In this document: positions 55,801 through 64,000 of the stretch, one piece after another
Layout: each line of letters opens with the position of its first letter
Position numbering within the stretch: position 1 is the stretch's first letter
From: Botryllus schlosseri
Taxonomy: Eukaryota
Assembly: GCA_051294905.1 (NCBI GenBank)
Contig: CM119371.1
Coordinates: 21,268,001-21,332,000, forward strand
Length of the DNA: 64,000 nt
Reading direction: 5' to 3'
Program-made: the position numbers and the translations under genes
The notes under the pieces: model-generated
Told to the model about the DNA's origin: nothing
The model's input: only the letters and a program-made list of their open reading frames with translations
Database searches by the model: none

Positions 55801-58409
55801 GAGCGTGAGAAAAACCTCATTACAATGACCTGCTATTGTACAATATAACGCTGAGTCTTACCTTTGTCTAGGAAATAAAGTCACTAAGCTTGAATGATCA
55901 GGACATGCAAGCTATTTACGAAGATATCCGGCGTATCGTACTATGCGAGTATTGGTCGAATAATCTGCAGGGCATAGAAAAATTGAGCGTAAAGTATTTG
56001 AACATGAAGTTATTGGATGCATGGGAGCAGATTACAAAGATTACTGGACTTCAGTCGTATCTTCCATTATATCCGTTCCCTGATATAAATGACAATGCGG
56101 ATGAGGTCAGTTTATTTTCTGACTTCGACCATTTACATGTCTAATAGCTTAGTCAACAAATTGCTGGCAGCATATCAAAATAGGCAGTCATGTGAAGCGT
56201 CTTGGCTCTCACCAAAGCAGATTTCAAAAACGATGAATTGTATACCAATAAATTGGCGATGCAATCCTCGCGAACCATGTAAACTATTCAAGTGATCGAT
56301 CCTACCACTGGATTTCGGACTGCAATTTATCGCGATATATTCTAATGCAATTGTGCCATAATTCATTATAGAATGTCTCCTCGAAAGATTTGCGAATACC
56401 TCTTTCCTTTCCATTAGCAATCTCACGTTGCGTAAACGACGCGAGTAGATTTGTGACCCATTAAGTCAGTGGTTCCCAACCTTTTTCGTCTCGTGCCCCC
56501 CTTGGCCGATATTTAAGCTAACCCCCCCCCCCCCTATGAAAAAGTTGCCTGTTACTAAAAAAAATGTGGTTTTTAACGCGCAACTATTTCTTGACTGAGC
56601 AATTAATGGCCAAACATATTCAGATATGTCCGAACTATGGCGATGCGGACCGCACTAAACTTTGATAAAGTACAGTCAATTTTGACCGGTTTTTGACCGG
56701 TCGGGTAGCCACTGACGAAAAATAAATCACCAAGTCCGCTTGCTATGGACTTGAGTTGAATCGATGAATTTGGTACGGTATGTTTTTCACGTTAGCTCAT
56801 AATGTTGGCTTAAAAAGTTAAACAATTTCACTGGCGGCCTTGTGCTGAATTCAGCCTGACGTTATCCTGCTTACTACCAATTTGGTCAAGAGGCTGTTGC
56901 GGACCTAACGAAATCGACTCGTGAACCTCACTTTATCAGGGGGTGTAATAGCTACGGAAGGCATTCAAACATACACCTAGCTTGAAATCCGCCAAAGAAA
57001 CCTACAATTGCAAATAACTAACTTAACAGTTCTATAACATAAAAAGACTGTGAAATTTGCGTATCTTCCGATACAATGCCGAAGCATGATTTCCCCTTAA
57101 TAAATTAAGCCAGATCCCTCCCAAAAATTTCAAAATTCTAGGGAATTCCCCCTCCGGTTTGGAACCACTGCATTAGGTAGATGCGGTGACTTCCTTCAGA
57201 AATGAAAGTTGAATGAAGGTCTTTGTTTGCTAAATAATTACCAATATTTCTTAGTTAAGGATACCAAGATATATTGATCTGGTGAATGAGGTTGTCGAAA
57301 GTTTCCGTAAATGTTTGACTGAAGATCAGGCCAAAGGAAAATTTCAAGCTGGAGAGGTATGTCTCGGAGTTTTTCTCGAAGCATGTATTTTTCTTGGGGT
57401 TACTATCATTGACGTAATATAATACCACATAGAATTCACCTAAATATCACCTAAACGTTTCGGCAGATTGTGGAAACGGGCTGGTCGGATATAAGGCTCC
57501 ATAAACGATATATTAAGACTGGAGATTTCCAACTTTTTATGATCGCGGGAATTGTCACGTATAGCGGTATTTGCGATCAGAGTCACAATTTGTAATCTGA
57601 ATTTGAACCACTTTGTGCACAGTCATCCACAAAGCAATGTAGATAGCTTGAGCCGTATCCAACCTTTGAATCTTTCTGCAGCCGAGATACATTTGACGAC
57701 ACTAGCATGAAATTTCGAATGAGAGGGCATTCAATGCACTATTTGCAGGTGGTACACGAACTAGTTTTGTTTACAGAGTGTGGGTTGGTGTATTTTGCCT
57801 TTTATGATATTTAACGCTCTCTCATTCCAAATTCCATGCTGGTGACGTCATATTTTGTGATACGATTGTTGATATACAATGTTCTTCCCAATTCTCTACT
57901 AGTTGCTGACGATTGCCCCTGACGAGTGTCAGCCGAAAATATACGGGTTTATTTCAATATAAACATACTACTCAATTGTATGTAGAAATAGAAGTATAAG
58001 AAAAAATAGTTATTGATAGTTGCTATGAATTGATACTGTTGCGTCGCCAACAAAGTAGCAAATATTTCACGGTGCGCCGACGACAATCCAAGAGTAAATC
58101 CAGTCGCGATGTTGGTGTGCATTGCAAGTCTTTGATTCCGTCGTATTCTCGTACAATAGAGTGGTCATGTCAGAGTCACTGGGAAAAAAAAGTTGTTCCA
58201 TGATAGACAATGACAAATCGGTTGATGACTTTTCATTATATTTCCAGGAGAGTGAAGAGTTCTGCAGAGATTACGCGGATAAATATTTGACAATGCACTA
58301 TGACTTTCTAAATAAGATATTCCCGGATCTTACCAAAGAATATGATAACCTTGAAAGCTTGCTGCAAAAGTCTGAAAAAAGCATCGTCTTGATGCGTGAA
58401 AAAATTCAG
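6363..58409 (+). CDS. Partial multi-exon gene for a long alpha-helical tandem-repeat protein: join(6363..6569,10587..10655,17856..18032,21248..21316,23232..23435,26465..26530,29007..29213,30551..30622,32906..33115,43271..43333,46541..46744,48818..48925,[51117..51173?],55872..56105,57255..57356,58248..58409); 5' and 3' ends outside the window
   Basis: Each listed exon has AG before and GT after (the bracketed one has GC), a length divisible by 3, no stop and phase 0-0. Translations are charged/amphipathic helical and show mutual repeat homology. Manual prediction, no transcript data. Confidence 0.8.
7411..8388 (+). mobile_element. Internally deleted hAT (Buster/SPIN-like) element with C-terminal dimerisation-domain remnant
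   Basis: TIR CAGGGGTCACCAACC...GGTTGGTGACCCTTG; perfect TSD GCTTAATG; GST*RCESAFSDMNFIKNRHETRL at ~8045-8115; 5' part repeated at 13065-13300. Confidence 0.9.
8647..9904. mobile_element. Unclassified TIR element nested in the Chapaev3-like relic
   Basis: Imperfect inverted ends CAGGGCATGGTATGGTAT / ATACCATACCATACTATG, CCATA-rich subtermini; splits the host transposase motif. Confidence 0.55.
10587..10655 (+). CDS. Short repeat exon B1 (23 aa: ENRQLKLRLKSEELSDQYVKSVK)
   Basis: tttttcactag| ... AAA|gtaagt; aromatic at -6 and aliphatic at -2 as in other B exons. Confidence 0.8.
11440..11875. repeat. Degenerate ~30-bp minisatellite-like array
   Basis: Recurring GCGGTGACATGTCGTACTTTCAGGTATAGG variants. 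Confidence 0.6.
12004..12400. repeat. Diverged direct duplication (~265-bp period)
   Basis: TTCAAATAGGTGTGAAAT...CGATCGCT.ACAAGATAA...ATCACTC.CAAGGTAATATT.TGGTAAT occurs twice. Confidence 0.7.
14251..15810. mobile_element. Non-autonomous hAT element with a nested MITE at ~14689-15013
   Basis: TIR CAGTGTCTCCCAAA...TTTGGGTACCACTG; perfect TSD CTCTAGGT; inner GGGTTACCATA...TATGGTAACCC. Confidence 0.85.
15860..16973. mobile_element. Non-autonomous hAT element with the same TIR type as 964-1908
   Basis: CAGGGGTGTCAAAC...GTTTGACACCCCTG; right TSD not preserved. Confidence 0.8.
17856..18032 (+). CDS. Helical exon, shorter A-like variant (59 aa: NCPTVDKLELKTKTFISNII...EEREEEERKAK)
   Basis: atatttccag| ... 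AAG|gtgaaa; open, phase 0-0, coiled-coil-like composition. Confidence 0.75.
18290..20765 (+). mobile_element. Degenerate, apparently internally deleted R4/Dong-like non-LTR retrotransposon (RT + zinc knuckle + restriction-like endonuclease)
   Basis: RT remnants IDYRKASDSV, GIFQCDS, HVLFMKDLKVYA; CRMC..ET..H knuckle, NRPG(D)MII, FIELAVP..N...KE.EK..K in ORF 19714-20328; TAA-repeat tail ~20755. Confidence 0.85.
20845..21082 (+). mobile_element. Second diverged copy of the R4/Dong-like 3' UTR
   Basis: Aligns with 20520-20765 (TTCGTCATCTACTGCAATT, TCTCGCCATTTTCCTTTGG, TTTTACTGTGAA). Confidence 0.8.
21248..21316 (+). CDS. Short repeat exon B2 (23 aa: VLRQEMYEYEVTKLHDQFKMKIR)
   Basis: ttgtttttaaaag| ... 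CGG|gtgagt; F at -6, I at -2. Confidence 0.8.
22119..22447. mobile_element. MITE with ~45-bp imperfect TIRs; related pieces near 9690, 24315, 42700-42850, 57700-57977, 59670
   Basis: TTGAATAGAATATTCATATTGAAATGAACCTGAATACTTTC versus its inverted copy at 22400-22447. Confidence 0.7.
22703..23209. mobile_element. hAT-type MITE
   Basis: TIR TAGGGCTGGGCA...TGCCCAGCCCTA; TSD CCTATGTG/CCTATGAG; TCGAGT-rich subtermini. Confidence 0.9.
23232..23435 (+). CDS. Long repeat exon A2 (68 aa: MVKGTTKEMIKASSKKLSVEMLNNF...KAKVAEWVKRK)
   Basis: catttatag| ... AAG|gtgaaa; A consensus. An alternative donor TGG|gtaaag 12 nt earlier is possible. Confidence 0.85.
24787..25221. mobile_element. Young hAT (Blackjack-like) MITE
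   Basis: TIR TAGGCTTACCATA...TATGGTAAGCCTA; perfect TSD GTCATTGG; internal duplicated poly-T unit. Confidence 0.9.
26465..26530 (+). CDS. Short repeat exon B3 (22 aa: EEDATFQEILDKVFNEFEQQIK)
   Basis: catttcgacag| ... AAG|gtgcgt; F at -6, I at -2. Confidence 0.85.
27438..28711. mobile_element. Non-autonomous hAT element
   Basis: TIR CAGTGGTCCCCAAC...GTTGGAAACCACTG; perfect TSD CTCTAGCG; CGCCCC subterminal repeats. Confidence 0.9.
29007..29213 (+). CDS. Long repeat exon A3 (69 aa: SIDGPSLDELHGSCQRLAEKMLDRY...ISQKISEWSGKEQ)
   Basis: gtactttag| ... CAG|gtttaa; A consensus. Confidence 0.85.
30551..30622 (+). CDS. Short repeat exon B4 (24 aa: VKHERRRVENIFDEAYDEFTGELM)
   Basis: ccgctttaaag| ... 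ATG|gtgagt; F at -6, L at -2. Confidence 0.85.
31668..32531. mobile_element. ~200-bp MITE (TGCGCA-rich) interrupted by a foldback element; other copies 49570-49753 and 61601-61780
   Basis: TIR CAATGTTCCCTCTAA...TTAGAGGGAACATTG; perfect TSD GCCTCAAG. Confidence 0.9.
31703..32365. mobile_element. Foldback (near whole-length palindromic) hAT-like MITE
   Basis: TAGGGCTCTTCAAAAATGAC...GTCATTTTTGAAGAGCCCTA with arms pairing nearly to the centre (~32030); TSD CTGCGCAC/CTGCACAC. Confidence 0.9.
32906..33115 (+). CDS. Long repeat exon A4 (70 aa: TVEGETEEVVLELCKNLREKTL...RKKITEWRRVRAEM)
   Basis: gtattgcag| ... ATG|gtaaaa; A consensus. Confidence 0.85.
33304..34195. mobile_element. Non-autonomous hAT element, same family as 56467-57170
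   Basis: TAGTGGTTCCCAA...TTGGTAACCAATG; extensive similarity to the 56467 copy. Confidence 0.8.
34850..37186. mobile_element. Non-autonomous hAT element (2.3 kb) with a nested MITE
   Basis: TIR CAGTGCTTTTCAACCT...AGGTTGAAAAGCACTG; perfect TSD GACTATAT; CATTCGCAC subterminal repeats. Confidence 0.9.
36401..36794. mobile_element. hAT (Ac-like) MITE; second copy at 39270-39692
   Basis: TIR TAGAGCCCGACC...GGTCGGGCTCTA; perfect TSD ATCCATAC; TATCGG repeats. Confidence 0.9.
37268..38715 (-). mobile_element. Chapaev3-like (CMC) DNA transposon, internally deleted
   Basis: TIR CACTGGTCAACA...TGTTGACCAGTG, 3-bp TSD TTA; minus-strand remnant NMSIKVLFLFRTLDIFPDHL..QWERLYQDI...KERY. Confidence 0.85.
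38905..39009 (+). CDS. Candidate alternative terminal exon (phase 0: RSKKPSRGIRGKFENVISYVTQHLLILGGGMVLL*)
   Basis: atattttcag| acceptor, open to TGA 39007-39009, ATTAAA at 39086, outside recognised TEs; a second frame is also protein-like. Confidence 0.3.
   Translation, partial: RSKKPSRGIRGKFENVISYVTQHLLILGGGMVLL
40872..42025. mobile_element. Non-autonomous/composite hAT element
   Basis: CAGAGGTCTCAAAC...GTTTGAGACTCCTG; TSD ATATAGAC/ATGTACAC. Confidence 0.8.
43271..43333 (+). CDS. Short repeat exon B5 (21 aa: EMAIIRDEMEDAQDDFIDEIE)
   Basis: ttatttatag| ... GAG|gttcgt; F at -6, I at -2. Confidence 0.85.
44816..45852. mobile_element. hAT (Ac-like) non-autonomous element; inverted partial copy at ~43720-44206
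   Basis: TIR TAGGGATGGTGTGAAC...GTTCACACCATCCCTA; perfect TSD GTTTTTAT. Confidence 0.9.
46541..46744 (+). CDS. Long repeat exon A5 (68 aa: ETLGYSEEMMRRLYSDLSIKTIKNF...KNKIYEWMREQ)
   Basis: tatataatag| ... CAG|gttgta; A consensus. Confidence 0.85.
46827..47126. mobile_element. Truncated copy of the 48133 foldback family
   Basis: TAGGGCTGTTCAAAAATAAC start; similarity to 48133-48717 breaks off near 47126. Confidence 0.75.
48133..48717. mobile_element. Foldback hAT-like MITE
   Basis: TAGGGCTGTTCAAAA...TTTTGAACAGCCCTA with long arms; TSD CCCTGCAG/CCCAGCAG. Confidence 0.9.
48818..48925 (+). CDS. Helical linker exon (36 aa: DMRRRMIEGNLEKRNYRRLRNQWLELMNEKANTKEQ)
   Basis: catgcaaaag| ... CAG|gtatag; open, phase 0-0. 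Confidence 0.7.
48989..50846. mobile_element. Non-autonomous hAT element with internal triplicated ~340-370-bp unit and nested inserts
   Basis: TIR CAGTGGTTCTTAACC...GGTTAAGAACCACTG; perfect TSD GTTTACAG; CAGCTCTACC.GTAAATCTG unit at ~49760, 50100, 50475. Confidence 0.9.
51117..51194 (+). CDS. Candidate B-like exon VVSNHVLIDAVRLYKELTD; either GC donor after 51173 or read-through (AWRRHS*) to TAA 51192-51194
   Basis: ttgatttag| acceptor; Y at -6 places the expected donor at GAC|gcgtgg; AATAAA at 51335. Confidence 0.45.
   Translation: MVSNHVLIDAVRLYKELTDAWRRHS
52849..52890. repeat. (TA)n microsatellite
   Basis: Direct observation. Confidence 0.9.
52899..53661. mobile_element. Non-autonomous hAT element
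   Basis: CAGAGGTCTC...GAGACCTCTG; perfect TSD GCATAGGG. Confidence 0.9.
55872..56105 (+). CDS. A-like variant exon (78 aa: EIKSLSLNDQDMQAIYEDIRRIVLCEYW...FPDINDNADE)
   Basis: cctttgtctag| ... GAG|gtcagt; YEDIRRIVLCEY aligns with YEKLSAEILHNF of A1. Confidence 0.8.
56467..57170. mobile_element. Non-autonomous hAT element
   Basis: CAGTGGTTCCCAACC...GGTTTGGAACCACTG; TSD CATTAAGT/CATTAGGT. Confidence 0.9.
57255..57356 (+). CDS. Exon (34 aa: LRIPRYIDLVNEVVESFRKCLTEDQAKGKFQAGE)
   Basis: atttcttag| ... GAG|gtatgt; open, phase 0-0, begins with a B-like helix. Confidence 0.75.
58248..58409 (+). CDS. Exon (54 aa: ESEEFCRDYADKYLTMHYDFLNKIF...SIVLMREKIQ)
   Basis: ttatatttccag| ... CAG|gtatat; open, phase 0-0. 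Confidence 0.8.
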
Positions 58410-59807
58410 GTATATATGTTGGCGAGTGGGGTGAGCGATAAGTCTGGACCTAGTTTATGTAGTACATTTATGTAACATCCGCCAATAAATATTGGGATGG
58501 GAATGTAGAAGTTCAGTATCTTTTCAAATGTTCGAAATAATACGAATATATTGCGACCCTCTCCAAACACAACACAAACTCCATCTTTATTCGACGTCCG
58601 ATAAAACCACATACACAGCTAAACGTGCACTGAGAAATTATTATTATACACAACAGTGGTGCTTTTAGTCTGTTTAAGGCTTTGTGCTGCAAGACAGCAC
58701 AATTTTTTGTACAGTACAATTAATGCATTTATTTGTGTCTTTAAGTTTCTTGCACTCTCTCTCGCACTCTCTGTAACGCGCGCTTCATCATCGTTTCTTT
58801 TGGTGCTGACTTATAGCTCGGCTCACCGTGATTGGTCCTTTTAAGTCACTGCGATTGCGGTGAGGTCGGCGATAAGGAGCCTTTATAACCTCCGACACGT
58901 AGAAGTTAGTCCGAACCAAACCGTGATTCCAACCACTGCCTTTGGTGTCGTGACGGAGTATTTTGATTTGATATAGTTGTCATTGGCTATGTGTTATTAA
59001 CTGAAAAGTTGGTTATTATTTCGCGTTCCATAATGCTGTTCGTATATTTATACTCGGCTGCGCGGAAGTCGATGAATCATAGTATCAGAAAAGATCTCTC
59101 GTTCTCTCCCTGTTAATACAATTTTTTTTTTTTTGGTGAGATTGAACAATAAAATTCGGGATGTATTACTGGTATATCAAAAAATTACATACTTGGACGA
59201 ATCTTTATCCATGAACATGAAAGCCTTTTCCAAACAGCCACTCTACTTGGGGCTGGTACACAACAAGGTATTGAAGCACAATTTATAGTCCTATATATCT
59301 GTATTGCTACATCTCATTTTAATGTTCTTATCTCCGTGTGTGCCCAATATTCAATTAAGCTGCCGAACCAACAAACCAATATTAACCAATGAAATTTATT
59401 ACCTATTCACGCTGCGGTTGAGACTGCTAATACTGTTATACCGCAATGGAATTATTGTTTCCATACCATGACATACTTGTACATTTCCATATTACATACC
59501 GAAACACTGTTCTATACCATGCCACAGGACAATAGTTGACAACTAATTATTCATAAAGCGACCCCAATTAATTGCAAGATTAAATCGGCATTCACCTGCG
59601 ACCATATTTGATTACCCGAAATTGGGAAAATAAGTCAAGTGATATTTGAACTAAAATGAGAGTTAGCAAATTTGAATAGTATATTCATATTTATTCCCAA
59701 AGCTTTTCGCCTGACCCTCGTCAAGGGATATCGTCAGCAATAAATATATCGCCAAGTTCGCTTGCGATGACTTTTACTTGAATCATAGAATGTCGTATGT
59801 TTTAAAC

Positions 59808-60504
59808 CAGGGCTGGCCAATCCGTGGCCAGCGGGAACGTTTTTGAGTACCCGCGAGTTAATTTCTGAAATTAGTAATATTATCAAAAATGGACTGCACA
59901 TATTGTGACGGTCAACCAAAAAATTGATTTGTCTGGTCGCAACACTTGAGACGTAACGAATAAAATATCAGTTCCGCCGCATTGGCAAATCCATCAGCCA
60001 GTCACATTTTGGTAGATCTTCGTATACTACAATAACGCAGAATAATTTGCGATACATTTATCGGAAGTAAAAATTTTCTACACGCTTCGCGCAACATGTT
60101 GTCAATCGATTTCTTGCTTTTGATAATTACACTACTTTGTAAAAATGAAGGAACGCCTAATGTATCAGATTGAGTCGAACTATATTAGCGATTACGAGAC
60201 AAAGTGTCGTTCAACATATGCGATCTTGCGTTTGCGTCCGCAGAATGACCATCGACTATGAATCCTTGGTACAAAATGATTGATGTATGTTGGCCGAAGC
60301 TTTCGATATCGACATGTCCAGGAGCCGAATAGTCCAGTCCTTGCAAACTGATCCCATCGATATACAGCAGGCCCGCGATTTAGTCATGTGACAATATTAT
60401 TGACCTATGAACTTCGAAAAATTTTCGCGCTTGGCGCGGCTACTGGCCCGCATAATAGTTCGTCAATCGAATGTGGCCTATTTACTGAAAACGTTGGTCC
60501 CCTG
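59808..60504. mobile_element. Old non-autonomous hAT element
   Basis: CAGGGCTGGCCAA...TTGGTCCCCTG; TSD TTTTAAAC/TTCTAGAC. Confidence 0.7.
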
Positions 60505-60523
60505 TTCTAGACGCTGGCTTAGA

Positions 60524-63500
60524 TCAGTTGTTCACAGCCTTTTTGAGCTCGCGGCACCCTTTGGAAATAAAATATAGTTCGTGGCACATCATCACAGTGG
60601 TTCTGAACTTTTCTGGCTTACGTCTCCTGCAAACTACCAGAATACTTAGTGACACCCAGTGGTAACGCTGACTAATGTGACCACCTATGCAGTCAAACCA
60701 AAATGTTTCTGTGCTTCCATTCTTCTGAAATAAACTTCTCCATTTCACTATTTCTAAAAGTCGCCGTTTTCTTCGGGCCAGAATGTCATTCATTCGTGAT
60801 TACAACAAACAGGGCGCATTCAGACGAAAGTAAAGGGGGTAATATTGATATATGACTTTACAGAAACTTCACGCTGCCCTTAGATACCATTTCATAAGAT
60901 TTGTTTGACGATACATCTGCCCAATGGCGCATTGGGTGGAGAGGTCAAGCACGATCGCCGCTAATGAATTAGTGCGGAGCGCGGATCGAAAAATTCTCAT
61001 CTCCGACTCCGATTCGGTTTTTTAATTTTCGTATCAGGACAAAGTACTGGTCCGGCTCCGGCCAAAAATGATAATGTCCGGCCGAAAATCTGGCCCTACA
61101 CGGTACGGTGGTTGCGTGAATTTATAAATATGGGTTATTTATTTTCTTGCACTGGTTTCACGGTTACTGTCGTGTGGTTGGTTGCAATGATGAGCATCGA
61201 AGCGTAGTCGGAGTGTATTCGTACAGTATTTTGTCGGTTTTGTGACACTCGGAGCGGAGTCGGAAATTATTACAGATATTTGTTCGTTGTTCGTTCGTTA
61301 GATTTTTGGAGTGTTGTAACTTTTCCTCGGATACATTTGGATAGCTCTGACCTGAAGTGACTATTGCATACAAACCAAAACACAGATAGTTAAATGACGG
61401 GTAACATGCATAAATGTTTGCTATGGATCCAAGTGAATAAAAATCGGCCATCTGCACTGCAATTGGGGACTTGAAAGTAGACAATACTCTAAGGCCAACC
61501 ATATTATCACATTTATTTAGTAAAACACATTATTAAGTGTACCATGCTTGCCACTCTAATGATATGGCCATGAGCAAATTTAACCTGGTTATCTAGCAAG
61601 CAATGTTCTCTCTAAGCTGCGCACGTGCGCAAATGCCCAGTGCTGAAACGGTCTCTGCGCACAGAAAATCTACGCTGCGCACAAAAAATCACAAATGCAG
61701 TTTTTTTTATAATTGTTGCGCACTGTTGTCCAATGGACCACCCTGGCGCGCAGATTCGTGAAAATTAAGATGGAACATTGTCAGGGCCAAATAGTGTTAT
61801 CACTGAAGTCTGAAATCGAGGTACAGGTGTGGTCCACAAAAGTAACTATCGCGCTACGTGAAGAAATAGGAATTCACAATCACGTGCGCCACACGGAAGA
61901 TATTTTTTTTAGTATGGCCGCGTGAGCGATACTGATATCATTTCAATAGCGCATTATTTTCTGGGAATGGTGAAATAATATGGTTTAACAAAGTTATAAA
62001 TAATAATAATGGGCTAGCTCGAAGTTGGTCCCCAAGAAACTTACGAATAGTCTACTCCGCTTGGCATGAACATTGCGTAAGATTTACGCAGGACCGTAAC
62101 TTTCGCACCCCAACCCCCCAACTGAAGGGGCCGAGCTTGAAGGGGGTCCAAAATTATTTTGAGAATTAACAGAAATCAATGTGTATTTGTTTGGAATTTT
62201 TCAGGAATTTTTTCCGCGCCACACGCGTTTTATTATTGTCAGATATCTGATTATTGGGTACCTTTTGCCAACAAAAATTACGCATGATTTATAGAAATGG
62301 GCAGTTGAGCGTCGGCCATTACCGCACCATGACGCCCCAAGATATATGAAGTTAAAGGCTAAGTAACATGCGACTCCAAGAAGTGCGCCAGAACGATCAG
62401 CAGCGTGAAAACCTTGGGCGAAAAAGACTGCTCCGGTGCTGACCGAAAACGTCGATTTATACAAATATATGTGTAATTGTCCATGTCCATAGGCGCCTAA
62501 ATGGCTGGCGCCGAATGTTCCTGTCCAGGCGATCCGAGTCCCACAACAAGACAAATGCCATATCGAGGGAACATTATTTTCCAGTTAAGAAATACCAATT
62601 TGCAGTGGCGGCTCGTGACAATATCATGTGGTGGGGCAAGGGGTGTACGCGATTTTAATTATCTAAATGACGTCACAATAGTGTATTGCGACGTGAAAAT
62701 GTGACTTCGTGATGGTCACACACAATTTGTATGCGGTATAGACATTAGGCATGGCATGGCATGGCCATGGGCATGGTTAACAAAGATTACGCATTTCAAA
62801 TTATTCGAGACAAATATGAAGTACAGTAGTTCATACCTGCACAGTGCACATTTTAACGTTTGTATCAGTAGGCCTATTGCGCGCGGCGTGATTTCATAGT
62901 TGAAAAATGTTCAACGACGAGTTCATTGAAATCTGGAATACCCAGAATGAGAGCGTAAGAATCGTGAGCACATCTAACGCATCGAGCCTAATCACTGCAG
63001 CAAAGTTGATAAAAAGCGATTTTTCATAGGAATTTTACAAGTTCACTAGTGGATACTGCTACGGAAAAAGGTGTATTGGAATATAAACCAGTCAAATCGA
63101 GTTGAGCAATGTTGACCATCGGGTAATATCGAGACACCGTTTGCAGTAGCCCGCATGGTTCAGATCACGTCATCCAATTTCGGTCGCACTAGAGCAGGGG
63201 TTCTCAACCTGGGGGGCGCGCCCCCCTTGGGGGGCGCGGGAGGCTGTCAGGAGGGCGCGAGAAATTGACGAAGTCAGTATAGGGGGGGCGCGAGAAATTG
63301 ACAAAGTCAGTATAAATTATACGTGTCTGAACATGTGTTTCACATCCATTATGAGAAGACGATTAATGAAGATGAAATTTATTCCATATTCAAGAAAGCT
63401 TGCAAAATACAAACTCTAGCAACAGCGCTCAACTGAGTATAGTCTGATTTCAACTTCATTTGAGCAAATTTTTGAAATTCTTTGGAGATATAGAGAGCAA

Positions 63501-64000
63501 TTCCCACGTGTAAGTCATTCATTGCTTCATAGCTTTGACAGTAGCCTAAAGCTTGTCGCGCTGGGCAGCTCTTGTTAGTAGCTTGCGAACTGCACTGCCT
63601 AAGACAGACTTAGATGCAACATAGGTGGCCCGGTTTCGCCCTCAATTAGGCTATAAATCAACACAATTATTTCATTTCGAAAACTGATCAAATTTAGCCT
63701 GGCAGGACAGAACGACGCCTTGCTCTCTGTACTCACTACCAGCATCAGGATTAGTCTCAGGGTGACCTACATTGAAATTAATTAATGGATGTCTTGTTTT
63801 TTGTTATTTTCAAACAAATTTGAAGAAATTTGTCAGCAATGTAAAAGACTCAACAACTGGAATGCAGATTCAAAATTGGCGTAAGATATACCTTATGTAT
63901 ACTATTAGATCAGGGGTCGGCAGCCTGCAGCCGTAGAAGGGAATTTGAGCGGCCGTCCACGCCTAATTCAATTAGTATGTGTTGGCGGCCGTAGACATGC
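60524..64000. mobile_element. Cluster of nested hAT/MITE ends and fragments (starts near 60524, 60594, 62602, 63195, 63911; shared module 62090-62600)
   Basis: Several CAGTG/CAGGGG-type termini without partners in the window; possible hAT transposase remnant EQIFEILWRYREQFP at ~63460-63510. Confidence 0.55.

Noticed and set aside
550..62704. The many 60-150 aa ORFs on both strands
   Set aside because: Apart from those overlapping the exons or TE remnants listed, they fall in MITEs or AT-rich intron and show no coding signature.

Overview
AT-rich eukaryotic (metazoan, invertebrate-like) genomic DNA; nothing prokaryotic (no operons, CRISPR, rRNA or tRNA seen). Almost all listed ORFs are spurious or TE debris. 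The main feature is the interior of one large + strand spliced gene that I reconstructed by eye: 15 GT-AG exons plus one candidate GC-donor exon between 6363 and 58409. All are phase 0-0 and join into a stop-free 718 aa (737 aa with the candidate exon), with no start or definite stop in the window. Short (63-72 nt) and long (mostly 204-210 nt) exons alternate and encode a diverged ~90-aa all-helical repeat (xxxGx[ST]...L17...K[VI]xEW). By eye it resembles the three-helix bundle of GBP/atlastin-type large GTPases (inference). Candidate alternative terminal exons lie in the introns. The introns are packed with often nested TEs: many hAT MITEs with 8-bp TSDs, two Chapaev3-like relics, foldback palindromes, a degenerate RTE-like LINE, a degenerate R4/Dong-like RLE retroelement, and two tiny palindromic P-like excision footprints.
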